Origin: an uncultured cyanobacterium
GTDB lineage: Bacteria > Cyanobacteriota > Cyanobacteriia > PCC-6307 > Cyanobiaceae
Assembly: GCA_963765575.1 (NCBI GenBank)
Contig: CAVXWZ010000002.1
Span: forward strand, 1 to 64,000
Direction of reading: 5' to 3'
Length of the DNA stretch: 64,000 nt
The notes under the pieces were generated by a model. That model ran no database searches, was not told the origin of the DNA, and was given only the letters and a program-made list of their open reading frames with translations. The translations under genes were made by a program, and so were the position numbers. This document shows positions 9,152 through 19,446 of this stretch, one piece after another (positions within the stretch are counted from its first letter, which is position 1; each line of letters starts with the position of its first letter).

Positions 9152-10123
9152 TCAGGTGCCCATCTCGGCACGGCCGGCGCGCTGCTGCAGCCGTTCCAGA
9201 ACGGCCACCAGCGCCACCCCCAGGCCCATCAGCAGCAGCATCTGGGCCAGGGCGGCGGCGCCAGGCGGCGACGCCAGGCCATCGCGCAGCACGATCAGCT
9301 TGCCGCGGGGGGTCACGGTGGCCTCCACAACCACGCGGAAGGGCCAGATCTTCCACAGCGAGCCGGCCATGAAGCCCACCAGCAGGGCCACGGTCTGGCC
9401 ATGCCAGCGGTGCAGCAGCCAGCGCAGCAACCGCACAAACAGCAGCAAGCCCACCACGCAGCCGCCGGCGAAGGGCAGCAGGGTGGCCAGATCAAAGCCC
9501 TTCAACCCCTCCATCACGTGCTGGTACTGGCCCAGCACCAGCAGCAGGAAGGATCCCGACACCCCCGGCAGGATCATCGCCATGATCGCCACCGATCCGC
9601 TCCAGAAGAGGGTGAAGGGGTCGTGGGGCATGGTCACCGGCACCCGGGTGACCAGCACCAGGGCGCCCATCACCCCCACGGCCATGGCCGCCAGGCCGCT
9701 GCCGCCCCAGTGGGCGTGGCGGGCGATGAGCACGATCGACCCCACGATCAGCCCGAAGAAGAAGGCGAACAGCGCCACCGGCTGGTTGGTGTACATCCAG
9801 GTGATCGGCCGCACCAGCAGCAGCACCGCCCCCAGCAGTCCGGCCAGCAGCGGCACCAGGAAGCCCAGGTGCACCCGCGCCGCCGCCTCGCCCCAGGCCT
9901 GCCGCTCCCCGCCGAGGCCGCGCCGCAGCAGGCCCAGCAGCGCCAGATCAAAGCCCGCCACCGCCTCGATCAACTGGCCGTAGACGCCGAGGATGAACGC
10001 CATCGTGCCGCCGCTCACCCCGGGCACCACATCCGCCGTGCCCATCGCCAGCCCGCAGCCCAGCACGTAGGGCCAGCGGGGATCGCGCTGCACCGGAGGA
10101 CCGGATCGGCTGGGGTCGGCCAT
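9152..10123 (-). CDS. DUF368-family membrane protein (PopT-like undecaprenyl-phosphate translocase)
   Basis: Two repeats of the family motif: [25 protein letters not shown] and [19 protein letters not shown]; also FFFGLIVGS and [13 protein letters not shown]. Confidence 0.88.
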   Translation of the reverse strand: MADPSRSGPPVQRDPRWPYVLGCGLAMGTADVVPGVSGGTMAFILGVYGQLIEAVAGFDLALLGLLRRGLGGERQAWGEAAARVHLGFLVPLLAGLLGAVLLLVRPITWMYTNQPVALFAFFFGLIVGSIVLIARHAHWGGSGLAAMAVGVMGALVLVTRVPVTMPHDPFTLFWSGSVAIMAMILPGVSGSFLLLVLGQYQHVMEGLKGFDLATLLPFAGGCVVGLLLFVRLLRWLLHRWHGQTVALLVGFMAGSLWKIWPFRVVVEATVTPRGKLIVLRDGLASPPGAAALAQMLLLMGLGVALVAVLERLQQRAGRAEMGT

Positions 10124-10220
10124 GGGGCGCTCGGTCAGGAACCCGCGAGGCTATTGGCAGCCATGCCGGTGGGATCCAGCCGGTGGGACACTGGCTGTGC
10201 CGATCCGCTGCTGCGCCGCC

Positions 10221-11471
10221 GTGAAAGCCCTCTCCGTGCTCGGCTCCACCGGCTCGATCGGCACCCAGACCCTGGAGATCGCCGAGGAGTTCCCCGATCG
10301 CTTCCGGGTGGTGGCCCTCACCGCCGGCAACAACCTCGACCTGCTGGTGGAGCAGATCCGCCGCCACAGCCCCGAGGTGGTGGCCCTGGCCGAGGCCGAC
10401 AAGCTGCCCGAGCTGCGTGACCGGCTCGCGGCCCTTGAGCCCGCCGCCCGGCCCGACCGCGCGCCGCAGCTGCTGGCGGGCAACGAGGGGCTCTGCGCCG
10501 CCGCCGGCTGGGCCAGCGCCGATCTGGTGGTCACCGGCATCGTCGGCTGCGCCGGCCTGCTGCCCACCCTGGCGGCGATCCGCGCCGGCAAAGACCTGGC
10601 CCTGGCCAACAAGGAAACCCTGATCGCCGCCGGCCCGGTGGTGCTGCCGGAGCTGGCTCGCAGCGGCGCGCGGCTGCTGCCGGCCGATTCGGAGCACTCG
10701 GCGATCTTCCAGTGCCTGCAGGGCACCCCCTGGCCCGAGGCGGCCCGGCTGTCCACCGGCGTGCCCACCCCGGGCCTGCGCCGCATCCAGCTCACCGCCA
10801 GCGGCGGCGCCTTCCGCGACTGGCCCGCCGCCGATCTCGCCAAGGCCACCGTGGCCGATGCCACCAGCCACCCCAACTGGAGCATGGGCCGCAAGATCAC
10901 CGTGGATTCGGCCTCGCTGATGAACAAGGGCCTGGAGGTGATCGAGGCCCACTACCTCTTCGGGCTCGACTACGACGCCATCGAGATCGTCATCCACCCC
11001 CAGTCGATCATCCACTCGATGGTGGAGCTGGTGGATTCCTCGGTGCTGGCCCAGCTCGGCTGGCCCGACATGAAGCTGCCGCTGCTCTCCTGCCTGAGCT
11101 GGCCCGAGCGCTTCGCCACCCCCTGGCGCCGCCTCGACCTCACCGCCGTGGGCACCCTCAGCTTCAGCCAACCCGACCCCGCCAAATACCCCTGCATGGC
11201 CCTGGCCTACGCCGCCGGCCGCGCCGGCGGCACCATGCCGGCGGTGCTCAATGCCGCCAACGAACAGGCCGTGGCCCTCTTCCTCGAGGAGCAGGTGCAC
11301 TTCCTCGACATCCCGCGGCTGATCGAGCGGGTGTGTGATCGCCACCGGGTGGATCTGATGGCCGCTCCCTGCCTCGACGACGTGCTGGCCGTGGACGCCT
11401 GGGCCCGCCAGGCGGTGCGGGAGGCCGCAGCCAGCCTGACGGCGCGGATGCCGGCGGCGTTGCCGGCCTGA
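10221..11471 (+). CDS. dxr: 1-deoxy-D-xylulose-5-phosphate reductoisomerase
   Basis: [65 protein letters not shown] start at 10221. Confidence 0.97.
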   Translation: MKALSVLGSTGSIGTQTLEIAEEFPDRFRVVALTAGNNLDLLVEQIRRHSPEVVALAEADKLPELRDRLAALEPAARPDRAPQLLAGNEGLCAAAGWASADLVVTGIVGCAGLLPTLAAIRAGKDLALANKETLIAAGPVVLPELARSGARLLPADSEHSAIFQCLQGTPWPEAARLSTGVPTPGLRRIQLTASGGAFRDWPAADLAKATVADATSHPNWSMGRKITVDSASLMNKGLEVIEAHYLFGLDYDAIEIVIHPQSIIHSMVELVDSSVLAQLGWPDMKLPLLSCLSWPERFATPWRRLDLTAVGTLSFSQPDPAKYPCMALAYAAGRAGGTMPAVLNAANEQAVALFLEEQVHFLDIPRLIERVCDRHRVDLMAAPCLDDVLAVDAWARQAVREAAASLTARMPAALPA

Positions 11472-11476
11472 ACCCC

Positions 11477-11848
11477 ATGGCCCCTGTCCCACCCCCGATC
11501 GCCCACCACCTGCTGCTCTGCGCCACCCCCAGCAAGGCGCTCTGCTGCCCCGATCCGGCCGTGGGCGCCGCCAGCTGGGCGGCCCTCAAGCGCCTGGTGC
11601 GCGAGCTGGCCCTGGAGGATCCGGCCCGCCCCGGCGGCATCGTGCTGCGCAGCAAAGCCGACTGCCTGCGCATCTGCGCCGACGGTCCGGTGCTGCTGAT
11701 CTGGCCCGAGGGCATCGTCTATGGCGGCGTGGGCCCCGAGCGCCTGGAGCGGATCGTGCGCGAGCACGTGCTGGGCGGGGTGCCGATCGAGGCCTGGATC
11801 GTGCAGCGCTACAACCTCAGCGGCAGCCCGGCCTCAAGCCCCGGCTGA
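11477..11848 (+). CDS. Thioredoxin-like (2Fe-2S) ferredoxin
   Basis: HLLLC...CC, KADCLRICADGPVLLIWPEGIVY, IVREH. Confidence 0.85.
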   Translation: MAPVPPPIAHHLLLCATPSKALCCPDPAVGAASWAALKRLVRELALEDPARPGGIVLRSKADCLRICADGPVLLIWPEGIVYGGVGPERLERIVREHVLGGVPIEAWIVQRYNLSGSPASSPG

Positions 11849-12859
11849 AAGCCCCTGCGCCAGCCGGCCCAGCCAGGCCACGGCCTGCCGGTCCGCCCAG
11901 CTGCCGGCACCGGCCCCGGAGCGCCGGTCATCGGCGCCATGGAAGCCGTTGTGGCCGCCGCGGGCACTGAGCAGCACCTCCACCCCCGGCGGCGGATCGG
12001 CGACCAGGTCGACAGCGGCGGCCGCCGGCACCCAGGGGTCGTCGAGGGCCTGCACCAGCAGCAGCGGCGGCAGGGGGGCGCCGGAGCGCAGCCGCGGCAG
12101 CGGTGAGGCCTGGCGGTAGTAGGCCTCGCCATCGGCGTAGCCCCAGCGCGGCGCCGTGATCGCCGCGTCGAAGGCGCGGATGCTGCGCGGGCGGGCGGAG
12201 CCGGCCAGGGCCAGGCGCTCCGCCGCCGCCACACCGAAGGGATCGGCCAGGGTCTGGCGAAGCAGGCCCTTGAGCAGCCAGCGCTGGTAGAGCCGGTTAC
12301 GGGGATGGTCGATGCGCCGCGCGCAGGCGCCCAGATCCAGCGGACTGCTCACCGCCACCAGGCCATCGAGGCCACCGGGCCGGGCCAGGGCGGCGTTGAG
12401 CAGCACCGCTCCCCCCAGCGACAGACCCGCCCCCAGCAACGGCAGCCCGCCGGCGCGCTCGCGCAGCTGGGCCAGCACCGGCAGCAGGTCGGTGCTGCAG
12501 TCAGCCGCGTAGGTACCGGGGGCCAGGGGGCGCCCCGCCCCGGCGCCGCGCAGGTTCAGCCGCCACACCCCGAAGCCACCGGCCTGCAGGCAGCGCGCCA
12601 GCCGCCGCACCCCGCCGCTGGAGGCGCTGCCGCCGAGGCCGTGCACCAGCAGCACCCAGCCGGGGCAGCCGGTCCCGGCCGCCGGGCCGGGGGCCAGGCC
12701 AAGGGGGCGATCCTCCAGCACCAGCAGCTGCTCAGCCGGGCCCACCGCCAGCGGCAGCGGCTCGCCCCTGTCCGGCCCCGGGGACTGGGGCCGCAGGGTG
12801 TCGCGCAGGGTCTGCAGATCGGGCCCGATCCAGGGCCAGCGCTGGCGGAACGCCGGCAT
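11834..12859 (-). CDS. YheT-family alpha/beta hydrolase
   Basis: HGLGGS, NLRGAG, GLSLGG nucleophile elbow, DDPWVP, GGHNGF. Confidence 0.88.
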   Translation of the reverse strand: MPAFRQRWPWIGPDLQTLRDTLRPQSPGPDRGEPLPLAVGPAEQLLVLEDRPLGLAPGPAAGTGCPGWVLLVHGLGGSASSGGVRRLARCLQAGGFGVWRLNLRGAGAGRPLAPGTYAADCSTDLLPVLAQLRERAGGLPLLGAGLSLGGAVLLNAALARPGGLDGLVAVSSPLDLGACARRIDHPRNRLYQRWLLKGLLRQTLADPFGVAAAERLALAGSARPRSIRAFDAAITAPRWGYADGEAYYRQASPLPRLRSGAPLPPLLLVQALDDPWVPAAAAVDLVADPPPGVEVLLSARGGHNGFHGADDRRSGAGAGSWADRQAVAWLGRLAQGLSAGA

Positions 12860-13974
12860 CAGTCGCCCATGGCGCCGGCCGGCCGCAGGGGCTCGCCGCC
12901 GCTGCGCTCCCCTGAGGCCGGGGCCAGAAACAGCTCCTTGATCGTGGCGGCGATCGGCACGGCCGTGATGATGCCCACGAAATCGGCGAGGGTGGCGCCC
13001 ACCATCACCGAAAACAGAATCACGATGGGATTGAGGCCGGTGAGTTTGCCCAGCAGCCGGGGCGGCAACACATTTTCAATGATCTGATCCACCACGATCA
13101 ACACGGCGAACACCCGCAGGCCCAACCAGAAACTCTTGAACAGAAAGAGCAAGCTGAACACCAGCACGCCCACGATGGCGCCGAAGGGAATGAAGCCCAT
13201 CAGCCCGATGCAGATACCCGCAAGCAACGCAAAGGGGGCCCCCAGAAGCCACAGCGTCAGCGACAACGCAACGGCCAGCACCACCGCCAGCACCAGCTGG
13301 TTGAAGATGAAGCTGTTGAAATTGCGGCGCAGCACGCTGAGCACCTTCAGGCCACTCTCCTCTGGCAACCAGGAGAGCAGACAGTTGCGCACCAGCTGGC
13401 CGCCATAGATCAGGAAGAACACCGTCAGCACGATCAGGAAGAAGATGCTCAGGAAGCTCCCCAGCGACCCTGAGAGCGCCGCCGGGATGCCCAGCAGCAG
13501 GCCCTCCAGCTGGCTCTTGAGATTGGCCACCATCCCGTCCAGCACGACGCTGGCGTCCATCGGGATCCCCACCGCGGCAGCGCGGTCACTCAGCTGCTGC
13601 AGCTGCATGCCGGTGGCATCGATCCACTGCGGCAAGGTCCGGCTGAGCTGCACGAGCCGCAGCAACAGCCATGGTGCCAGCAGCAGCAGCCCCAGCACCA
13701 TCACCGCCAGGAAGGCCAGCACCACCAGGCCAATCGCCCAGCTGCGGCCCATGCCCAGGCGGCGCTGCAGCACCCGCACGGGAAGGTTGAGGATCAAGGC
13801 GATCACCCCGGCCAGGATGAACACGGCGATCACACCTTCAAAGGCTCGGTAGAGCGCGCTGAACACCCACAGATTGAGGGCGATCAGCGGAAAAGCCAGC
13901 CCCAGCACCAGAGACCGCGGCAGGCGCTGAAATGGCGGCATCGGCGGTGGGGGGGTAGGGGTGGAAGCGGTCAC
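12859..13974 (-). CDS. AI-2E family transporter
   Basis: Multi-TM; FIPFGAIVG, DQIIENVLPPRLLGKLTGLNP, GIITAVPIAA. Confidence 0.88.
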   Translation of the reverse strand: MTASTPTPPPPMPPFQRLPRSLVLGLAFPLIALNLWVFSALYRAFEGVIAVFILAGVIALILNLPVRVLQRRLGMGRSWAIGLVVLAFLAVMVLGLLLLAPWLLLRLVQLSRTLPQWIDATGMQLQQLSDRAAAVGIPMDASVVLDGMVANLKSQLEGLLLGIPAALSGSLGSFLSIFFLIVLTVFFLIYGGQLVRNCLLSWLPEESGLKVLSVLRRNFNSFIFNQLVLAVVLAVALSLTLWLLGAPFALLAGICIGLMGFIPFGAIVGVLVFSLLFLFKSFWLGLRVFAVLIVVDQIIENVLPPRLLGKLTGLNPIVILFSVMVGATLADFVGIITAVPIAATIKELFLAPASGERSGGEPLRPAGAMGD

Positions 13975-13996
13975 CGACAGAGGGTAGGGCTGCGCT

Positions 13997-15463
13997 TCAG
14001 GCCACTTTCTGTTTGCCCACCCCCAGCTCGCGCAGTTCGCTCAGCAGGCCGTTGAGCACCACCTTGGCGTCGCCGAAGAGCATCGCCGTCTGCGGCAGCT
14101 CAAACAGGGCGTTGCGGATGCCGGCATAGCCGGCCCCGAGGCTGCGCTTGACCACGAACACCTGGCGAGCCTGGTCCACCTCCAGCACGGGCATGCCGTA
14201 GAGGGGGCTGGTGCTGTCGGTCTTGGCGTCGGGGTTCACCACATCGTTGGCCCCCAGCACGATCACCACATCGGTGCGCGGAAACTCGGGGTTGATGGCA
14301 TCCATCTCCACCAGCTGCTCGTAGGGCACATCGGCCTCGGCCAGCAGCACGTTCATGTGGCCCGGCATGCGGCCGGCCACCGGATGGATGGCATAGCTCA
14401 CCTCGGTGCCATGGGCCTGCAGCAGCTTGGCCAGCTCGCTGAGGGCGTGCTGGGCCTGGGCCACGGCCAGGCCGTAGCCGGGCACGAACACCACCCGCTC
14501 GGCGCACTCCAGCGCCAGGGCGCACTCCTCGGGGCTGCAGCTGGTGATGCGGGTGTAGCCGGCCTCATCGCCGCCGCCACCCACCTTGCCGCCGGCCGCC
14601 CCCAGGGCACCGCCGAAGAGCACGCTCACCAGCGAGCGGTTCATCGCCGTGCACATCACCTGGGTGAGGATCAGGCCCGCCGCGCCCACCATGGCGCCGG
14701 CCACGATCAGCAACTGGCTGCCCACCACGAAGCCGGCCGCCGCCGCCGCCACGCCCGAATAGCTGTTCAACAGCGAGATCACCACCGGCATGTCGGCGCC
14801 GCCGATGGGCAGGGTCACGCCCACGCCCAGCAGGCTCGAGGCCACCAGCAGCAGCCACAGCGGCGCCCCAGCGGGGTCCGCCGGCAGGCTCACCGCCCCC
14901 ACCAGGGCGGCCACCGCCAGGGCGCTGTTGACGCCGTGGCGCAGGCGGTTCTGGGTCCAGGCGGGGGTGTCGATCCAGCCCTGCAGCTTGGCCATCGCCA
15001 CCAGCGAGCCGGTCACGGTGATCGCCCCCACAAACACCGAGATGGCGATCGAGATGCGCTCCACCAGGGCCGCGGCACCGTCCGCCGCGGCCGCCGCCTC
15101 ACCACTGCCGTAGAGGGCCACGCCCAGGGCCACCAGCAGCGAGGCCATGCCGCCGGAGCCGTTGAACAGGGCCACGGTCTGGGGCATGGCCGTCATCGGC
15201 ACCCGCCGGGCCGTGAGCAGGCCCGCCAGGCCGCCGGCGGCGGCACCAGCAGCGATCCCCAGCCAGGCCAGCAGCGGCGGCTGCAGCTCGATCAACAGCC
15301 CCAGCACCGCCAGGCCCAGGGCCAGGGCCGCCAGGCCGTTGGCACTGCGGGCTGAGCGCACCTTGGCCAGGCCCTTGATGCCCAGCGCCAGCAGCAGCAC
15401 CGCCACCAGATCCACCGCGTAGGGCAGCACCGCGGTGATCCCATCCACAACTGTTGTCTCCAT
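13997..15463 (-). CDS. pntB: NAD(P)+ transhydrogenase beta subunit
   Basis: PIGGADMPVVISLLNSYSG, AMNRS, VPGYGLAVAQAQH, HPVAGRMPGHMNVLLAEA, GANDVVNP. Confidence 0.96.
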   Translation of the reverse strand: METTVVDGITAVLPYAVDLVAVLLLALGIKGLAKVRSARSANGLAALALGLAVLGLLIELQPPLLAWLGIAAGAAAGGLAGLLTARRVPMTAMPQTVALFNGSGGMASLLVALGVALYGSGEAAAAADGAAALVERISIAISVFVGAITVTGSLVAMAKLQGWIDTPAWTQNRLRHGVNSALAVAALVGAVSLPADPAGAPLWLLLVASSLLGVGVTLPIGGADMPVVISLLNSYSGVAAAAAGFVVGSQLLIVAGAMVGAAGLILTQVMCTAMNRSLVSVLFGGALGAAGGKVGGGGDEAGYTRITSCSPEECALALECAERVVFVPGYGLAVAQAQHALSELAKLLQAHGTEVSYAIHPVAGRMPGHMNVLLAEADVPYEQLVEMDAINPEFPRTDVVIVLGANDVVNPDAKTDSTSPLYGMPVLEVDQARQVFVVKRSLGAGYAGIRNALFELPQTAMLFGDAKVVLNGLLSELRELGVGKQKVA

Positions 15464-15464
15464 C

Positions 15465-15758
15465 TCAGCGGTCTCCGCGCGGACGGCGGAACATCGCCAG
15501 CATCCTGTCCGTCACCAGGAAGCCACCCACCACGTTGAACAGGGCGAAGCCCAGCGACACCGACCCCAGCAGCAGCAGGGCCGGGTTGCCATCGGCCCGC
15601 GCCAGCAGGGTGAGCGAGGCCAGCACGGTGATGCCGCTGATGGCGTTGGCGCCGCTCATCAGCGGCGTGTGCAGGGTGGGCGGCACCTTGCCGATCAGTT
15701 CAAGCCCCAGCAGGCTGCCCAGCAGCAGCACCCAGAGCGCCTGGGAGAAGTCGCTCAT
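15465..15758 (-). CDS. pntA: NAD(P)+ transhydrogenase alpha subunit, membrane part
   Basis: VPPTLHTPLMSGANAISG, NVVGGFLVTDRMLAMF. Confidence 0.95.
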   Translation of the reverse strand: MSDFSQALWVLLLGSLLGLELIGKVPPTLHTPLMSGANAISGITVLASLTLLARADGNPALLLLGSVSLGFALFNVVGGFLVTDRMLAMFRRPRGDR

Positions 15759-16978
15759 GTCCCCGCCCCCACGGCCTGGGGAGCTGGGGCGGCCGGCGCC
15801 GCCGGGGTGTCGGGCTCCAGCACCTCGAGCCGGCGGCAGCTCCCCTGGTGGGTGAACAGGCAGCCGGCCACGATCGGATCCTGCGGATCCAGGCCGAGCA
15901 AACGAGCCGCGCTGGCGTGTTCAGGCTGGCCAGCGCCCTCGCCGCCGAGGCTGAGCAGGTGCTCCAGCAGGGCCGCCAGGTTGCGGGCATAGAGGGCGCT
16001 GGCGTGGTGGGCCACGCTGCTGGGCAGGGCGTCGGCACCGATCAGGGTCACCCCCTTGCGCCGCACCGTGGCGCCGGCCACGGTGGCGGCGCTGTTGCCG
16101 CCCTGGGCCACCGCCAGATCCACCAGCACCGAGCCGGGCCGCAGCTGATCGAGCATCTCCTCGCTGATCAGCCGCGGCGCCGGCCGGCCCGGCACCAGGG
16201 CGGTGCAGATCACCATGTCGGCGAGGGCCAGCTGCTCGGCCAGCTGCTGGCGCTGGGCCGCCAGGAAGGCCTCAGTGGCGGCCTGGGCGTAGCCGCCCTT
16301 CTCCGCCGGCGCCGCCTCCTGCTCGGGGGGCGCCAGGAAGCGACCACCGAGGGATTCCACCTGCTCGCGGGAGGCTGCGCGCACGTCGCTCACCACCACC
16401 ACCGCCCCCAGCCGCCGGGCCGTGGCCAGGGCCTGCAGCCCCGCCACCCCGGCACCAAGGATCAGGACGCGGGCCGGCTGGATCGTGCCGGCCGCGGTCA
16501 TCAGCATCGGCACGTAGCGGTCCAGGGCGGCCGCCGCCAGCAGCACCGCCTTGTAGCCGGCGATGTTGGCCTGCGACGAGAGCACGTCCATGGTCTGGGC
16601 CCGGCTGATGCGCGGCAGCAGCTCCATGGCCAGCGCCGACAGCTGGCGGCGGTTGAGCAGGTCCACCAGACCATGGGCCCGGTAGGGGGAGAGCATGCCG
16701 GCCACCAGGGCGCCGCTGCGCAGGCGCTCCAACAGTTCCGGCGGCGGCGGCTGCACGCACAACACGCCGTCCACCTCACCCCAGACGCCATTGCCGCAGG
16801 CGGTGATCGCCGCCCCGGCGCGGGCGTAGTCGTCATCGCCAAACCCGGCGGCCTCACCGGCCCCCTCCTCCACATGGAAGCGCAGTCCCCGGGCGGTCAG
16901 GCGCTGCACGGTTTCCGGGGTGGCCGCCACGCGGGTTTCACCCGGATGGCGCTCCCTGGGGATCAACAACTGGGTCAA
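15755..16978 (-). CDS. pntA: NAD(P)+ transhydrogenase alpha subunit, soluble domain I
   Basis: GETRVAATPE, PRISRAQTMDVLSSQANIAGYKAV, GAGVAGL, DLAVAQGGN. Start approximate (TTG 16978). Confidence 0.94.
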   Translation of the reverse strand: MTQLLIPRERHPGETRVAATPETVQRLTARGLRFHVEEGAGEAAGFGDDDYARAGAAITACGNGVWGEVDGVLCVQPPPPELLERLRSGALVAGMLSPYRAHGLVDLLNRRQLSALAMELLPRISRAQTMDVLSSQANIAGYKAVLLAAAALDRYVPMLMTAAGTIQPARVLILGAGVAGLQALATARRLGAVVVVSDVRAASREQVESLGGRFLAPPEQEAAPAEKGGYAQAATEAFLAAQRQQLAEQLALADMVICTALVPGRPAPRLISEEMLDQLRPGSVLVDLAVAQGGNSAATVAGATVRRKGVTLIGADALPSSVAHHASALYARNLAALLEHLLSLGGEGAGQPEHASAARLLGLDPQDPIVAGCLFTHQGSCRRLEVLEPDTPAAPAAPAPQAVGAGT

Positions 16979-17074
16979 TGCAGGGGTGCGCACACTCCCA
17001 CCATTTGGGGGCCGCAGGGGCCCCGGCGGCAACGCATCCGGCCCCTTTGTGGGGAGTTACCCACGCAGCCGCGC

Positions 17075-17326
17075 TCAAAAGGGTGGCAGCAGCTCCTGCT
17101 CCAGGCTGATGGCCTGGCCGATCGATCCCAGTCCCCGCAGCAAGCGGGCGCGCAGGATCAGGGGGTCGATGTCGCACTCCCGGCGCCAGCTGCGCTCCAG
17201 ATGACGCTGGCGCGCCTGGCGCCGGCGGGCCTGCTGCGGCGGGCCAACGGGAGTGCTGGGGTCACCGCAAGCGCTGGGGTCAGAGGGGCAGCCCTCGTTG
17301 GGAGAGGGAGGGCTGGGAATGGCCAT
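17075..17326 (-). CDS. Hypothetical protein
   Basis: Short ORF ending HLERSWRRECDIDPLILRARLLR...SLEQELLPPF, filling the gap between pntA and the helicase. Confidence 0.6.
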   Translation of the reverse strand: MAIPSPPSPNEGCPSDPSACGDPSTPVGPPQQARRRQARQRHLERSWRRECDIDPLILRARLLRGLGSIGQAISLEQELLPPF

Positions 17327-17477
17327 GGCACAAACCGGTGGCGACCGGGGGCTGCCCAAAGGCTAATCAGCCCTGCCGGCGCGGCCATCGGTGCGGTCAG
17401 CCCCAGGCCACTGGTTCGCCGGCGTCCGGCAGCCGCACAATGGCGGGCGCCGGCAGGGCCAGGGAGTGGGCAAGGCC

Positions 17478-18977
17478 ATGGATCCACTGTCCTTTCAGCT
17501 CTGGGGCCAGCAGCCCGCCGGGGCCACGGCTGAGCCCCCAGTCCGCATCGAGCCCCGCCAGTGGCAGCGCCAGCTGATCCAGTTGCTGCGGGCCCGCCTG
17601 GTGCGGCCTGTGGGCGGTGGCCACGACGTGCTCATCCACGCCGGACCCGGTGCCGGCAAGACCCTCGGCGCCCTGCTCAGCTTTCGGCAGCTGCAGCGCG
17701 AGGGACGCCTGCAGCGCTTCGTGGTGCTCTGCCACCGCAGTGCGATCGCCCGTCAGTGGGTGCAGGCCGCCGCGCGGCTGGGGCTGGAGCTGCGCAGCTG
17801 GGACCCCCAGCTCGGGGGGACGGAAGCCGCGGGCGAGCCCGCGCCGGGGCTGCTGCTCAGCTATCAGGCGGCGGCCCGGCACCTCGGCACCCTGGAGCGC
17901 AGCTGGGCCGGGGCTGGGGGCGGTCCCTGGCTGGCCATCGCCGATGAGGTGCACCACCTGGGCCTCGATCCAGATGAACCCGACGCCGCCGCCTGGGGCC
18001 AGGCCTTCAGCCGCCTCTGCACCGGGGCCAGCCTGCGCCTCGGTCTCACCGGCACCCCCTTCCGGGCCGACAACCTGGCCTTCTGCGCCGCCCGGCGCCG
18101 GAGCGTGCGCGCCGGCGATCAAGTGCTGGAGCAGATCGTTCCCGACCTCTGCGTGGAGCCGCGCCAGCTGATCGCCGCCGGCGATGTGCGGCCGCTGGAG
18201 TTCCGCTTCCAGGACGGCTGGGTGGACCACGGCCGGCCCGGCCCCGATGGCCAGGGCAGCGGCGACACCGAAACCTCGCCGCTTTCGGCCGAAGGGCGCG
18301 AGAGCTGGCGGGCCCGCAATCTGCGGCGCGCCATCCGGCTTGGAGATGGCGGCAGCATCGCCCTGCGGGTGCTGCTCGGGGCCCGGTTGCGGCTGGAGCG
18401 GCTGCGACCGGTCCATGGCCGGGCCGGGGGCCTGGTGATCGCCCGCGACATCGACCACGCCCGCGGGCTCGGCCGGCTGCTGCAGGAGCAGGGCGAGCGG
18501 GTGCTGCTGGTGCACTCCCAGGACAGTGAGGCCGCCGCCCGACTGGCCGCTTTTCAGGACGGGGAGGCCGACTGGCTGGTGAGCGTGGACATGTGCGCCG
18601 AGGGCTTCGACGCGCCCCGGGTGCGGGTGGTGGCGTATCTCACCACGGTCGTGACCCGCAGCCGCTTCGTGCAGGCCATCACCCGGGCGGTGCGCATGGA
18701 TGGCGAGCGCGCTGAGCGCGAAGCGATCCCCCGGGATCCCTCCTACGTGTATGCCCCCGCCGACCCGCTGCTGATCGGCTACGCCCGCAGCTGGTCGCTG
18801 AGCGAGCCCTACCTGCTGCGGCCGCGCCCGGCGGTGGCCGGCGAGGAGATCGAGCCGGGCGCCGGCCGCGGCGGCCAGCTGCCGCTGCAGGCGATCGATG
18901 AGCGCGCCGGCGGCCTGCTGCGGGTGCGGGGGCCGGAACTGCCAGCGTTCCTGCCCGGGGGCAAGCTCAGCGCTTAG
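17478..18977 (+). CDS. Superfamily 2 DEAD/DEAH-box (ResIII-like) helicase
   Basis: PRQWQ, AGPGAGKT (Walker A), DEVHH, LTGTPFR, EGFDAP, QAITRAVR. Confidence 0.9.
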   Translation: MDPLSFQLWGQQPAGATAEPPVRIEPRQWQRQLIQLLRARLVRPVGGGHDVLIHAGPGAGKTLGALLSFRQLQREGRLQRFVVLCHRSAIARQWVQAAARLGLELRSWDPQLGGTEAAGEPAPGLLLSYQAAARHLGTLERSWAGAGGGPWLAIADEVHHLGLDPDEPDAAAWGQAFSRLCTGASLRLGLTGTPFRADNLAFCAARRRSVRAGDQVLEQIVPDLCVEPRQLIAAGDVRPLEFRFQDGWVDHGRPGPDGQGSGDTETSPLSAEGRESWRARNLRRAIRLGDGGSIALRVLLGARLRLERLRPVHGRAGGLVIARDIDHARGLGRLLQEQGERVLLVHSQDSEAAARLAAFQDGEADWLVSVDMCAEGFDAPRVRVVAYLTTVVTRSRFVQAITRAVRMDGERAEREAIPRDPSYVYAPADPLLIGYARSWSLSEPYLLRPRPAVAGEEIEPGAGRGGQLPLQAIDERAGGLLRVRGPELPAFLPGGKLSA

Positions 18978-19103
18978 CACACAACGGGTGCGGGGGGAGA
19001 GCCGCCAGCGGAATCCGCTCAAGCTTTAACAACGTTGTGTCAACCACTACGTCAGTTCGGCAGGCGGCCAGGCAACGTGGACACAATCGCGGAGACGCGG
19101 ACC

Positions 19104-19361
19104 ATGGACCCCACCGGGAATCGCCGACTCACCGTGGCCGTGAGCTGGGCCCTTGCCCGCCAGGCCACCCTCGATTGCCTCGAACAGTTCGAGGAGAGTT
19201 ACGCCCTCACCGAAGAATTCCGGGAGTGGCTGCTCTGCCTCGACGACCATCCTGAACTGATTGCCGACAGCGTGCTGATGGTGCCCCGCGACCTGGGGCG
19301 CCGGGCCGGCGGCCGCGAATCCGGCAGCGACCTGGAGGCCGACGGACTCCTGGAGATCTGA
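19104..19361 (+). CDS. Conserved picocyanobacterial hypothetical protein
   Basis: MDPTGNRRLTVAVSWALARQATLDCLEQFEESYALTEEFREWLLCL...LLEI; upstream of NTRC. Confidence 0.7.
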   Translation: MDPTGNRRLTVAVSWALARQATLDCLEQFEESYALTEEFREWLLCLDDHPELIADSVLMVPRDLGRRAGGRESGSDLEADGLLEI

Positions 19362-19446
19362 TTGCGGACCTGAATGGAGCACTGGCGAGGAATCCCACAG
19401 ACGCCGCGATCCCCTAGGCTCAACTCATAGTCGATCCGCTTTAGCC

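Noticed and set aside
17478..18977. Helicase as an anti-phage or restriction component
   Set aside because: Host-like composition, core neighbourhood, and no nuclease or methylase partner.
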